A stretch of DNA of 64,000 nucleotides from Planctomycetota bacterium (lineage in GTDB: Bacteria; Planctomycetota; UBA1135), in assembly GCA_021776925.1 (NCBI GenBank), contig JAJFFB010000043.1, positions 38,630 to 102,629 of the forward strand, in the 5' to 3' direction. Shown piece after piece: positions 18,017-27,779 of the stretch. The notes beneath the pieces are model-generated. The model was given only the letters and a program-made list of their open reading frames with translations, had not been told where the DNA came from and did no database searches. A program made the translations under genes and the position numbers. Positions within the stretch are counted from its first letter, which is position 1; every line of letters starts with the position of its first letter.

Positions 18017-20914
18017 ATGCAGTCATCAGCCTGGCGCGTGGAACTGGAACTCGATTCCAGCCGCCCGGACCCGGTCGGAAAAGCCGCCCTCCAGGCGCTC
18101 GCCGATCGTGGTCTTGCCCTTACCAGCCCGGTCCGCAGCGGCCGTGGCTTCCTGCTGCCGGCGAGCCTCAACCGCAGCCAGGTTGAAACCGTGACGCGCC
18201 GCCTGCTGGCCGACCCGGTAACCGAATGCAGCCGCATCGTGGCCCCGGGCGAGGTGCCCGACGGCGGCGCAAGCACCCTGGTGGTACGGCGTCTCGCCGG
18301 GGTCGCCGACCCAGAGGCCGATTCGGCGCGCCGCGCGCTGGCGCTGCTCGATCTCGAGGTCGGCGCCGAGGAAGCCGTGCAGTCCTACCGCACCTATCGC
18401 GTCGACGGGCCGGTGGACAGTGCCGACCTGCTGCGCGTCGGCGGCCGCGCGTTGGCCAATCCGACCATCGAGCGCACCGACCTCGCCAGCGCAGCGGTGC
18501 TGCCGCATCCGGTGCCCGACGACCTGCCCAGCAGCCGCCGCGAAGTGCCCCTGCTCGAGGCCACACCTGAGGTCCTGGAGCAGCTTTCGTCGACCATGGC
18601 GCTGGCTCTGTCGCGCGCCGAAATGGAGGCCATCCAGGAGTTTTTCCGCCAGGCCGGACGCGAACCCACCGACGTCGAGTTGGAAACCCTGGCGCAGACC
18701 TGGTCCGAACACTGCAAACACAAGACCCTGACCGGTCCGGTGCACCTGGTCGAGACCGACGCCGACGGCGAGATCCTGCGCGAGCGCCACTTCAACAACC
18801 TGCTCAAGGAAACGGTGTTCGCCGCCACGCAAAAGATGTCACCGGAATGGTGTTGGAGCGTGTTCAAAGACAACGCCGGGGTGTTCGCCATGACCGACGA
18901 GATCGGCATCGCGGTCAAGGTCGAGACCCACAATCACCCTTCTGCTCTCGATCCCTACGGCGGTGCCGGCACCGGCATCGGCGGCGTCATCCGCGACATC
19001 CTCGGCACCGGCCTGGGCGCGCGCCCCTTCGCGGCTACCGACCTGTTCTGCGTCGGCCCCGAAGACCTGCCGCGCGAGGACCTGCCGCCCGGCACCATGC
19101 ATCCCGACCGCATCCTCGACGGCGTCATCGCCGGGGTGCGCGACTACGGCAACCGCATGGGCATTCCCACCGTTTGCGGTGGCCTGGTGCGCCATCCGGG
19201 CTACGTCGCCAATCCGTTGGTCTTCGCGGGCTGCCTCGGCGAGATTCCGCGCTCCATGGTCGACAAGAAGGTCTCTCCGGGCGACGTGATCGTGGCGCTC
19301 GGCGGCCGCACCGGCCGCGACGGCATTCATGGAGCCACCTTCTCCAGCGAAGCCCTGCACCAGGACTCCGACACCGTCGACGCCGCCGCGGTGCAGATCG
19401 GCGATCCGATCACCGAAAAGAAGGTCCTCGACGTGCTCATCCTGGCGCGCGACCGCGGGCTCTACTCGGCGGTGACCGACTGCGGCGCGGGCGGCTTCAG
19501 TTCCGCCGTCGGCGAGATGGGCGAAGAGTGCGGCGCCGAGGTCGAGCTTTCGGCAGCACCGCTGAAGTACCCGGGCCTGAGCTATTGGGAGATCTGGGTC
19601 AGCGAAGCGCAAGAGCGCATGGTCCTCTCGGTGCCGCCGGAGCACCTCGATGAGCTGCTGGACCTGGCTGCCACCCACGAGGTCGGCGCCACCGTGATCG
19701 GCACCTTCCGCGACCACCGCCGCCTGGTGCTGAAGTGGCACGGCGAATGCGTCGGCGATCTGCCGATGGACTTTCTTCACGGAGCGGTTCCGCAGCCGGT
19801 GCGCCGCGCCGAGAACCAGCGCCTGCGTCTCGGCCCGACGCCCTGGCCGGCCGCCCATGGCGGCGCCGAATTCCTCTACCAGGTCCTCGCCCACCCGGCT
19901 TGTGCCAGCAAGGAATGGGTGGTGCGCCAATATGACCACGAGGTGCAGGGCGGCACGGTGATGAAGCCCTATCAAGGGGTCGACGGCCGCGGTCCCGGCG
20001 ACGGCACCGTGGTCAAGCCGCGCCTCGACCTGCCCCAGGGCGTCGCCATCGGCTGCGGTATCGCCCCTGCCGTGGCCCAGCTCGATGCCTATGCCGGCAC
20101 CGCGTTGGCGATCGACGAGGCCATTCGCAACGTCGTCGCAGCGGGCGGCAACCCACACCGCACCGCGCTGCTCGACAACTTCTGTTGGGGCGACTGCCGC
20201 AAGGCCGACCGTCTCGGCAGCCTCAGCCGCGCCGCCGAAGCCTGCTACGACGCCGCACTCGCCTACGGTGCCCCCTTCATCAGCGGCAAGGATTCCCTCA
20301 ACAACGAATACCGGGTCGGCGACACCGAGGTGGCGATCCCCCCCACCTTGCTGTGTACCGCGGTGGCGCCGGTGGCCGACACCCAGCGCTGTCCCGGCAC
20401 GCCTTTGCGCCGCGCCGGCAACATCCTGATCCAGGTCGGTGCCAGCAGCGCAGCCGGCGGCGCCTCGGTCGCCAGCGAGTTGCTCGACCTGCAGGATTCC
20501 GCAGTGCCCGCGCCGGATTTCGACACCGCGCCCACGCTCTTCGATGCTCTGCACCAGGCGATCGAATCCGGATTGGTGCAATCCTGCCACGACCTTTCCG
20601 AGGGCGGTTTGGGGGTGGCGGCGGCCGAAATGGCCTTCGGCGCCGGCCTCGGCCTGCGCCTGGATCTGGCTCGGGTACCGGTGCGCGGCGAACTCGGCGT
20701 CCGTGCGCGCCTCTACAGCGAAACCCCGACACGCTTCCTGGTTGAAGTCGAGCCTGATCAGGTCGAGGACTTCGGCGCCCTATTCCGCACCCAGCCGTGG
20801 GCCACCTGCGGCGAGGTCCTCGCCGAAGCCACCTTGGTCGTCCTTGATGGCTCCCAGGAGTGCTTCCGCTGCAGCCTGGATTCCCTGCTCCAAGCCAACA
20901 CCTGCGGCCGATGA
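18017..20914 (+). CDS. purL: phosphoribosylformylglycinamidine synthase, PurS-PurS-PurL fusion
   Basis: 965 aa. Residues from ~190 on are FGAM synthase II (AQTWSEHCKHKT, ETHNHPSALDPYGGAGTGIGG). The N-terminal ~170 aa carry two PurS-like units ending LLADPVTE and ALANPTIE. Confidence 0.93.
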   Translation: MQSSAWRVELELDSSRPDPVGKAALQALADRGLALTSPVRSGRGFLLPASLNRSQVETVTRRLLADPVTECSRIVAPGEVPDGGASTLVVRRLAGVADPEADSARRALALLDLEVGAEEAVQSYRTYRVDGPVDSADLLRVGGRALANPTIERTDLASAAVLPHPVPDDLPSSRREVPLLEATPEVLEQLSSTMALALSRAEMEAIQEFFRQAGREPTDVELETLAQTWSEHCKHKTLTGPVHLVETDADGEILRERHFNNLLKETVFAATQKMSPEWCWSVFKDNAGVFAMTDEIGIAVKVETHNHPSALDPYGGAGTGIGGVIRDILGTGLGARPFAATDLFCVGPEDLPREDLPPGTMHPDRILDGVIAGVRDYGNRMGIPTVCGGLVRHPGYVANPLVFAGCLGEIPRSMVDKKVSPGDVIVALGGRTGRDGIHGATFSSEALHQDSDTVDAAAVQIGDPITEKKVLDVLILARDRGLYSAVTDCGAGGFSSAVGEMGEECGAEVELSAAPLKYPGLSYWEIWVSEAQERMVLSVPPEHLDELLDLAATHEVGATVIGTFRDHRRLVLKWHGECVGDLPMDFLHGAVPQPVRRAENQRLRLGPTPWPAAHGGAEFLYQVLAHPACASKEWVVRQYDHEVQGGTVMKPYQGVDGRGPGDGTVVKPRLDLPQGVAIGCGIAPAVAQLDAYAGTALAIDEAIRNVVAAGGNPHRTALLDNFCWGDCRKADRLGSLSRAAEACYDAALAYGAPFISGKDSLNNEYRVGDTEVAIPPTLLCTAVAPVADTQRCPGTPLRRAGNILIQVGASSAAGGASVASELLDLQDSAVPAPDFDTAPTLFDALHQAIESGLVQSCHDLSEGGLGVAAAEMAFGAGLGLRLDLARVPVRGELGVRARLYSETPTRFLVEVEPDQVEDFGALFRTQPWATCGEVLAEATLVVLDGSQECFRCSLDSLLQANTCGR

Positions 20915-21690
20915 AAGCACGCGTCCTGCAACTCTTCGCCGCCGGCATCAACTGCGACCGCGAGCTGCGCCACATGTTTGAAGTGGCCGGCGCCGAAGTC
21001 GAGGAAGCCCACGTGCGCGAGTTGATGAAGCAGCCGCAACGGGTCCTCGATTACGACCTGTTCGCGATTCCCGGCGGCTTCACCTATGGCGACGACCTCG
21101 GTGCCGGCCGCATCCTGGCGCTCGAGGTCGAGTGCTTCCTGCTCGAGCAGTTACAGCAGCTGCACGCCCAAGGCGGCAGCGTCTTCGGCGTGTGCAATGG
21201 TTTCCAGGTGCTGGTCAAGTGTGGTTTGCTGCCGGGCGTGGCTGGCATTCCCTTGTCCCTCACCTGGAACGACACCCACCGCTTCGAATGCCGCTGGAGC
21301 CGGCTCCTGGTCGAACCCACGCTCGGCCACGTCCTGCCGGCAGGATCCTTGCTGCCAGCACCCTCGGCGCACGCCGAAGGCAAGATCGTCCTCGCCCAGG
21401 AAGACGGCTTCGAGCGCCTGCAGCAGGCCGGTTGCGTCGCGCTGCGCTACGCCGACGTTCACGGCACCCCTACGCGCGCCTATCCCGACTGCCCCAACGG
21501 CAGCGAGGGCGCGATCGCCGGCCTGGTCTCGCCGAGCGGCCGCATCCTGGGCCTGATGCCCCATCCCGAACGCAATCTCGGGCTGCAGTCCCTGCCCGAC
21601 CGCGGCGCGGGCGCCTGGGGCACCGGTGAAGAGGGCATCGCCTTTTATCGCGGCCTGCTGGCGCCTTATCAGGCGCCCTGCACCGCCTGA
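20911..21690 (+). CDS. purQ: phosphoribosylformylglycinamidine synthase glutaminase subunit
   Basis: Internal ATG 20911 overlaps the purL stop (ATGA). MKARVLQLFAAGINCDRE..., catalytic Cys in GVCNGFQVL, C-terminal MPHPER. Confidence 0.94.
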   Translation: MKARVLQLFAAGINCDRELRHMFEVAGAEVEEAHVRELMKQPQRVLDYDLFAIPGGFTYGDDLGAGRILALEVECFLLEQLQQLHAQGGSVFGVCNGFQVLVKCGLLPGVAGIPLSLTWNDTHRFECRWSRLLVEPTLGHVLPAGSLLPAPSAHAEGKIVLAQEDGFERLQQAGCVALRYADVHGTPTRAYPDCPNGSEGAIAGLVSPSGRILGLMPHPERNLGLQSLPDRGAGAWGTGEEGIAFYRGLLAPYQAPCTA

Positions 21691-21732
21691 GAGCGACTCA
21701 AGGAGGGTCGCGGCCGCGGCCGATAGCGATGC

Positions 21733-23097
21733 ATGGACCCGTCACCCTTCTGCCGGGAGGTCCACCAGCTCGAGCTGCGGCTACGGGGCTTGTGGGCGGG
21801 GCAGCGTCCGGTCCTGTCCTCCCTGCTGCATAACTATCAATCTGATTGGGAGGAGCAGTTCCAGGCGCCGTCGCAGCCGCGCGAATGGGCCGATTGGGAC
21901 CAGCGGCTGGATCCGGACCAGCCCCTCCTGGTCAGCGACTACCACCCTTTGCGACGCTCGGTCCGCATGCTGCAGAGTCTCCTTGAGGAACGCCTGAGTG
22001 GCAAACCGATCGGCGTGGTCTTCGAACTCCTGGAGCAGTGCGAACCCATGCCGGCCAGCACCGCGCTGAGCAACCCGGAACTATGCCTGCAGGACGGGGT
22101 CCCGCTGCGCGTGGCCTACTCTTCCCTTTTGCACACGCTGGGCCGCGCCGGCGCCTGGATAGCAGGTGCTTGGTGTACTGGCTCTCCGCCGCAACGTGAC
22201 CGCGCGGCGGCGCGCCAGTGGAGCCACTTGCAGCGCAGCATGCCTGGCTACCAGCAGGTTTGGTTTTTTGGCGACTGGCACCTGGCTGATGCCCATCTGC
22301 CCCAGCAGATCCGCGCGCATGGCGGCGACCCGCTGGTCCTGCACCAATCTCCTGAACCCTTGTGGGACCAGTTGACCTCGTGGCCTCCCGCCGAACTGCT
22401 GCAGCTCGGCAACGATCACTGGGCGTGGATGCACACGCCGCCGCTGGCGCAATGGGCCAGCGAACTGCAGACATCGGCTGACCAGGACCCGGCAGAGGCT
22501 GCGGCAACCCTGGCTGAATCCCTGGCCGTGCCGATGAGCGACCTGCTTGAACTCGCGGCGCCCGCCCCCATGGACTGCATGAGCGTCGATCACTGGCATG
22601 GTTTTCGTGCCTTGCTACCCACGGATATGGCCGCCGCCTTCCCTGCAGGACCACCCCGCCACTTGCTGGTCCATCCGCAGCAAGCCTTGGCGTGGCTGCC
22701 CGGTCCACTCTCGCCGAACCAGTTGGTGGAACTCGCCGCCCACTCCCTGACCCTCGACCATCCGGTAGCGGCGAGAACCGATCCGGCGGCGGCGGTGGTG
22801 CGGCGCAGCTTCGCGCTGCTGTGGGCGCTGGCGCTGAACCCCTTCCTGGTGCTGCCGTCGCCGCAGGCCCTGCGCGATCGCTACCGGCCATCCACCGCTC
22901 TGGAGGGCGTGGCTCCAGGTCCGGCACTGGCGCGCTTCTTGTTGCGCGAAGGTCTTGCCAACACCGCGGCGGCTACCCTCTCCCAGGATCCGGAACTGGA
23001 CCCGGCTGGGGTGCGAGAATTATTGGAATCCGGGCCGCAGGCATTTTTTTGGGAACGAGCCAACAGTACAATCCGGGCGTCTTCCAGAAGCGCCTGA
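21733..23097 (+). CDS. hypothetical protein
   Basis: 454-aa ORF with no overlap to recognised genes. It is coupled to the next gene (its TGA shares one nucleotide with the following ATG at 23097). I recognise no family. Confidence 0.55.
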   Translation: MDPSPFCREVHQLELRLRGLWAGQRPVLSSLLHNYQSDWEEQFQAPSQPREWADWDQRLDPDQPLLVSDYHPLRRSVRMLQSLLEERLSGKPIGVVFELLEQCEPMPASTALSNPELCLQDGVPLRVAYSSLLHTLGRAGAWIAGAWCTGSPPQRDRAAARQWSHLQRSMPGYQQVWFFGDWHLADAHLPQQIRAHGGDPLVLHQSPEPLWDQLTSWPPAELLQLGNDHWAWMHTPPLAQWASELQTSADQDPAEAAATLAESLAVPMSDLLELAAPAPMDCMSVDHWHGFRALLPTDMAAAFPAGPPRHLLVHPQQALAWLPGPLSPNQLVELAAHSLTLDHPVAARTDPAAAVVRRSFALLWALALNPFLVLPSPQALRDRYRPSTALEGVAPGPALARFLLREGLANTAAATLSQDPELDPAGVRELLESGPQAFFWERANSTIRASSRSA

Positions 23098-23486
23098 TGA
23101 AGAAGTCCGCGATCCTCACCCTCCTCTTCCTATGCCTGGCCTCCTGTGCGGCAGCGCCGATTGCGGCCGGAGTCGCTCTCGGGGTCTGGAGTTCTGACCA
23201 ATACTCCAGCGCCGGTGGCGCGCTGCCGATCGAAGCCCCGCCAGAACGCGTCTGGGCGGCCGCAAAAGCGGTGGCGCTTGATCGTGCTGCCGGCGAGGAG
23301 CTTGACATCCAGGAAGGAGTCATGCGCATCGAAGGACGCATGAACGAGTGCAAGGTGCTGATCCGGGTTCTGCTCTATCCCACCACCGACAAGATCAGCG
23401 AGATCCGGGTCTCGGCCCGCCAGGGCGTGCGCGGTCGCACCGACGTGGCGCAATCGATCGCCGAAGAGATTACCGCGCGGCTCTAG
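23097..23486 (+). CDS. small lipoprotein
   Basis: ATG 23097 gives MKKSAILTLLFLCLASC (signal peptide plus lipobox LASC), 129 aa. The longer 264-aa track ORF is an upstream read-through artefact. Confidence 0.7.
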   Translation: MKKSAILTLLFLCLASCAAAPIAAGVALGVWSSDQYSSAGGALPIEAPPERVWAAAKAVALDRAAGEELDIQEGVMRIEGRMNECKVLIRVLLYPTTDKISEIRVSARQGVRGRTDVAQSIAEEITARL

Positions 23487-23919
23487 CCGCACGGCAGTTG
23501 GCGCAGTGACCTTCCAGGGTCAGGCTGTGGCTGGAGAGTTCAAAGGCGTGTTCCCGCGCCACCTCTTCCTGCAGCCGTTCGATCGACTCGTTGTGGAACT
23601 CCATGATCAGACCACAATCGAGGCAGATCATGTGGTCGTGGTGCTGGTGGCCAAGGATGTGCTCGTACAAGACCTGGCCGTGCCCACGCTCAAGGGCCGA
23701 CAGGAAATCGCCTTCGACCAGCAAGGAAAGCGTGCGATAAACCGTGGCTCGCGAGGCTCCTGAACCGCGCTCGCGCACCCACCCGTACATCTGTTCGGCG
23801 GTGAAGTGCCCGTGGGTGCTCCAGGCCAGTTCGAGCACCATCAGGCGTTGCCGGGTCACGCGCATCCCGAGGTGGCGCAGATGCGCTTCGAAGCGTCGCC
23901 GGGCTGCGTCTGGATTCAT
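23470..23919 (-). CDS. fur: Fur family transcriptional regulator
   Basis: 149 aa. Winged helix (RATVYRTLSLLVEGDFL), metal sites HHDHMICLDCG and CANC. Start overlaps the purD stop by 4 nt. Confidence 0.92.
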   Translation of the reverse strand: MNPDAARRRFEAHLRHLGMRVTRQRLMVLELAWSTHGHFTAEQMYGWVRERGSGASRATVYRTLSLLVEGDFLSALERGHGQVLYEHILGHQHHDHMICLDCGLIMEFHNESIERLQEEVAREHAFELSSHSLTLEGHCANCRAARAAR

Positions 23920-25211
23920 GTGTAGGCGCGCAGAATCTCGATCGCGGCGGTGCCGATGTCGCGGCGGAAGGTCTTGCCGGCAAATTGGATCTGCTCAATC
24001 ACTTGATAGGCGCGGGTGCGCGCCATTTCCAGGTCATCTCCGAGGCAGGTGACGGCCAGGACCCGGCCACCTGCGGTCACCAGCTGACCCTCGGCATCGC
24101 GCGCGGTCCCGGCGTGGAAGACCTGCACATCGTCGCCGACTTCGACCTCGTCCAGGCCCTCGATCGGCACGCCGGTGGGGTAGCTGCCCGGGTAGCCACC
24201 CGAGACCAGCACCACCGTGATGCACGGGCGCGGATCCCATTCCGGCGCCTCAAGCTGATCCAGGCTGCCCTTGGCGCAGGCTTCGAGGTAGGGAACCAGA
24301 TCTGATTGCAGGCGCATCATCAGAACCTGGCACTCCGGATCACCGAAGCGCACGTTGTATTCCAGCACCTTCGGCCCCGCCGGAGTCAGCATCAGGCCGG
24401 CAAATAGGACGCCTTGGAAACGCCGCCCTTCGTGATTCATGCCGTGAATCGTGGGCAGCAAGATCTGGCGCTCGACTGCATCGCGGTTGCGCGTGCTCAT
24501 CATCGGATTGGGACTGACCGCTCCCATGCCACCCGTATTGGGTCCCGTGCCGCCGTCTTCGAGCTGCTTGTGATCCTGGCAGCTTTCCAGGGGCACGAAG
24601 GTGCGGCTGTCGGTGAGGGCGAAGCAGCTTGCTTCGGGTCCGGTCAGGAACTCCTCGATCAGGATGGTGCTGCCGGCTTTGCCGTGGACCCGCTCCTCGA
24701 GCATCGCCTTGGCAGCTTGACGAGCCTGCGCCAGGGCCTCGCAGATCACCACGCCCTTGCCGGCGGCGAGGCCCGAAGCCTTGACCACCAGTGGGTAGCG
24801 CGCCCCGGACTGCAGATAGGACAGCGCCTGGTTCAGATCCGTGAACACGCGGTAGCCGGCTGTGGGCACGCGGTGGCGCACCAGGACTTCTTTGCAGAAG
24901 GCTTTGGACCCCTCAAGGGCGGCGGCATCCTGGCGCGGTCCGAAGACCGCGATGCCGAGGTCGCCGAGCCGGTCGGAGATGCCGCCGACGAGCGGATCCT
25001 CGGGCCCGACCACCACCAGGTCGACTTGCTCGTCCTTGGCAAAACGGGCCACCCCATCGAGGTCGCTCAAATCGAGCGCCACGTTTTCAGACACCAGGGC
25101 GGTGCCCGGATTGCCCGGGGCGGTCCACAGCTTGGTGACCCGCGGCGAGCGTGAGATTTTCCAGGCCAGGGCGTGTTCCCTGCCACCCGATCCGAGGAGA
25201 AGGACGCGCAT
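23916..25211 (-). CDS. purD: phosphoribosylamine--glycine ligase
   Basis: Internal ATG 25211 gives MRVLLLGSGGREHALAWKISRSPRVTKLWTAPGNPG..., 431 aa, ATP-grasp. The 575-aa track ORF carries a spurious N-terminal extension. Confidence 0.96.
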   Translation of the reverse strand: MRVLLLGSGGREHALAWKISRSPRVTKLWTAPGNPGTALVSENVALDLSDLDGVARFAKDEQVDLVVVGPEDPLVGGISDRLGDLGIAVFGPRQDAAALEGSKAFCKEVLVRHRVPTAGYRVFTDLNQALSYLQSGARYPLVVKASGLAAGKGVVICEALAQARQAAKAMLEERVHGKAGSTILIEEFLTGPEASCFALTDSRTFVPLESCQDHKQLEDGGTGPNTGGMGAVSPNPMMSTRNRDAVERQILLPTIHGMNHEGRRFQGVLFAGLMLTPAGPKVLEYNVRFGDPECQVLMMRLQSDLVPYLEACAKGSLDQLEAPEWDPRPCITVVLVSGGYPGSYPTGVPIEGLDEVEVGDDVQVFHAGTARDAEGQLVTAGGRVLAVTCLGDDLEMARTRAYQVIEQIQFAGKTFRRDIGTAAIEILRAYT

Positions 25212-25241
25212 GATTTGCCGTATGGGCGGAATTCTAGCACC

Positions 25242-26399
25242 ATGCGCACTCAGGACCGGCTTGCCTTCCGGACACAATCTCCCCCGCCAATGGATTCCTT
25301 CACCGATTTCAGCCTGAACGAGAGCGATCCGCTGACCCCGGACCAGTTCGCACAGGTCGTCGATTTGTCGGCGGATGCGCTGTTGTTCATCGATCTGAAC
25401 AATCGCATCCGTGCCTGGAACCGCGGCGCCGAGAAGCTTTTCGGCTATGCGCGGGCCGAAGCGCTGGGCCGCTCCTTCGACCTGCTGGTGCCTGAGGATC
25501 TGCGCCGCTCCGGCGAATTGGACAAGATCTGCTCGGCGACCCGCAAGCACGGTGTTTTGCGCAACTACCAGACACGCCGCCGCACCCGCGACGGGCGCAT
25601 TCTGCAGGTCTCGCTGAACCGCACCGCGATCCGTGATGCCCACGGTGAGGCCGTCGGTTTCGCCGTTTTCCTACGCGACCTCAGCCAAGAGGAGCGGCTC
25701 AAGCGCGAGAGCGACCGCGCCCGCCAGCTGGCACGCATCGGCGAGCTGGCCTCGCAGATCGCCCACGAAGTGCGCAACCCGCTGGCCGGTATCCACGGCG
25801 CTCTGCAGATCCTGCGCCGGCGCCTGCAGCCTGCCCCGGCAGAGGTGGAAGTCTTCGACGACGTGGCCGCCGAAATCGGCCGGCTCGACCAATTGGTCAC
25901 CGATCTGATGCGCTTCGGCAGGCCAGCGGCCTCGACCCTGGCCCGGGTCGAGTTCTCCGACTGGCTGCGCTCCTGGCATCAACGTCTCATGCGCGAAATG
26001 GAAGAGCGCGAGGTGGTTTTTCAACTCGATCTTGAAGGCCTGGCCTGGGTACAGCTGGACCCGATCCTTTTCGACCAGACGCTGCGCAACCTGCTCGAGA
26101 ATTCGATTGAAGCTGCCAACGGACCGGTGCAGGTACAGCTGCAGCTGCGCGTCGCGGACGGCCTGGCCAAGGTGCGTTACCACGACGATGGTCCCGGTAT
26201 CGCGCCCCCAATCCGCGACCGCGTCTTCGACCCCTTCTTCACCACCAAGAGCCGCGGGTCCGGCCTGGGCCTGCCCATCTGCCAACGCCATCTGGAGTCC
26301 CTCGGCGGCGAACTCCGGCTGGGCGACTCCGCCGTTGGCGGAGAATTCCTGCTCAGTCTTCCGCTGGACTCTGGGGAACCTGCGTCTGGTCCGGAGTGA
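25242..26399 (+). CDS. PAS-domain sensor histidine kinase
   Basis: PAS (RIRAWNRGAEKLFGYARAEALGRSFDLLVP), H-box IAHEVRNPL, and N/G boxes NLLENSIEA, DDGPGI, GSGLGL. Start uncertain (ATG 25242 or 25290); the track start 25173 overlaps purD. Confidence 0.9.
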   Translation: MRTQDRLAFRTQSPPPMDSFTDFSLNESDPLTPDQFAQVVDLSADALLFIDLNNRIRAWNRGAEKLFGYARAEALGRSFDLLVPEDLRRSGELDKICSATRKHGVLRNYQTRRRTRDGRILQVSLNRTAIRDAHGEAVGFAVFLRDLSQEERLKRESDRARQLARIGELASQIAHEVRNPLAGIHGALQILRRRLQPAPAEVEVFDDVAAEIGRLDQLVTDLMRFGRPAASTLARVEFSDWLRSWHQRLMREMEEREVVFQLDLEGLAWVQLDPILFDQTLRNLLENSIEAANGPVQVQLQLRVADGLAKVRYHDDGPGIAPPIRDRVFDPFFTTKSRGSGLGLPICQRHLESLGGELRLGDSAVGGEFLLSLPLDSGEPASGPE

Positions 26400-27777
26400 T
26401 GCCGTATTTGTCGATGCGGTAGCGCATCTGATCGCGGTTCATGCCGAGCAGACGTGCAGCGCGGCTGCGATTGCCAGTGCAGCGCATCAACGCCTGTTCG
26501 ACCCAGCGGCGTTCCAGCGCGGCGAGGTTGCAGCCCGAAGCGGGCAGATCGGGCAGTCCGGCCAGGGCGCTGCCGCTACCCACCCCCGCGACCTCGGCCG
26601 GAAGGTCCTCGAGTCCGACCTCATGGCTGCTGCCGAGCAGGGCTGCGCGTTCCACCGCGTTGCGCAGCTCGCGTACGTTTCCCGGCCAGCCATAGGCTTC
26701 GAGGCACAGCATTGCCTCTTCGCGGAAGGCGCCCGGCGCGCCCTGGAACTGGCGTGAGAATTCCGACAGGAAGTGTTCCGCCAGGGGTCGAACGTCTTCG
26801 ATGCGCTCGCGCAGCGGCGGGATCACCACCGGCACCACCTTCAGCCGGTAATAGAGATCGGCGCGGAAGCGTCCGGCCTGGACTTCGCGTTCCAGGTCGC
26901 GGTTGGTCGCGGCAACCACCCGCGCTTCCAGGCGGTGCTGGCGCGTGCCACCGACGCGACGGAACACGCGCTCTTCGAGCAGGGTCAGCATCTTGGCCTG
27001 GGTCGACTGCGGCAAGTCGCCGATCTCATCCAGAAACAGCGTGCCGCCGAAGGCGAGTTCGGCCAGGCCGCGTTTCGACTCGCGTGCGTCGGTGAAGGCA
27101 CCGCGCTCGTGGCCGAAGAGTTCCGATTCGAGCAGCGTTTCGGGGATCGCGGTGCAGGTCACCGAAATGAAGGGCCGGTCGCCCTGTCCGCCGAAGGCGT
27201 GCAGGGTGCGTGCAGCCAGTCCCTTGCCGGTCCCGCTTTCTCCGGTCAGGAGCACCGTCGACGCGCCGCTGCGGCCGATGCGCTGCAACAGCTTGACCAA
27301 CTGCAGGGTGGCCGGGGCGGCGGCGACCGGCCACGCCGCATCGACCGCGTCTTCGCGCCCACGCAACTCAGCCAGGCGTCGCAGGTGACCCTGTTCGAAG
27401 GTGCGTGCGGCCTTGTGCAATAGGTCATCGAGGTCGAAGGGCTTGACAACGTAGTCGTTGGCCCCCAGCCGCATCGCCTGCACCGCGCCTTCGACCGAAC
27501 CGTGGGCGGTGATGACCAGGACCGGAATGTCGAGATCAGTGGTGCGCAGTTCGGCCAGGAATTCAAGGCCGTCGCCATCGGGCAGACGCAGATCAAGGAT
27601 GACCAGGTCCGGCCATTCCTCATCCAGGCGCCGCCGGGCTTCGCCCAGGGAGGCCGCCTCGTCGACGTGGGCGCCGGCATCTTCCAGCGCCGAACGCAGG
27701 GTCCAGCGAATCATGCGCTCGTCATCTACCACCAGGATGTGGGGCGCTGGATCCGGGAATTGAATCGGTTCAGACAA
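26353..27777 (-). CDS. sigma-54-dependent response regulator (NtrC family)
   Basis: 474 aa. REC (DLVILDLRLPDGDG), AAA+ sigma54-interaction domain (GESGTGKG, ESELFGHERGAFTDA) and a C-terminal HTH (NRSRAARLLGMNRDQMRYRIDKYGI). Confidence 0.95.
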   Translation of the reverse strand: MSEPIQFPDPAPHILVVDDERMIRWTLRSALEDAGAHVDEAASLGEARRRLDEEWPDLVILDLRLPDGDGLEFLAELRTTDLDIPVLVITAHGSVEGAVQAMRLGANDYVVKPFDLDDLLHKAARTFEQGHLRRLAELRGREDAVDAAWPVAAAPATLQLVKLLQRIGRSGASTVLLTGESGTGKGLAARTLHAFGGQGDRPFISVTCTAIPETLLESELFGHERGAFTDARESKRGLAELAFGGTLFLDEIGDLPQSTQAKMLTLLEERVFRRVGGTRQHRLEARVVAATNRDLEREVQAGRFRADLYYRLKVVPVVIPPLRERIEDVRPLAEHFLSEFSRQFQGAPGAFREEAMLCLEAYGWPGNVRELRNAVERAALLGSSHEVGLEDLPAEVAGVGSGSALAGLPDLPASGCNLAALERRWVEQALMRCTGNRSRAARLLGMNRDQMRYRIDKYGITPDQTQVPQSPAED

Positions 27778-27779
27778 GT

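Noticed and set aside
22271-22620. TGGCA-containing strings (e.g. TGGCACCTGGCTGATG at ~22276, TGGCATGGTTTTCGTGC at ~22594) considered as sigma54 -24/-12 promoters.
   Set aside because: They lie inside a coding region, the -12 element does not match TTGC at the right spacing, and no downstream gene start follows.
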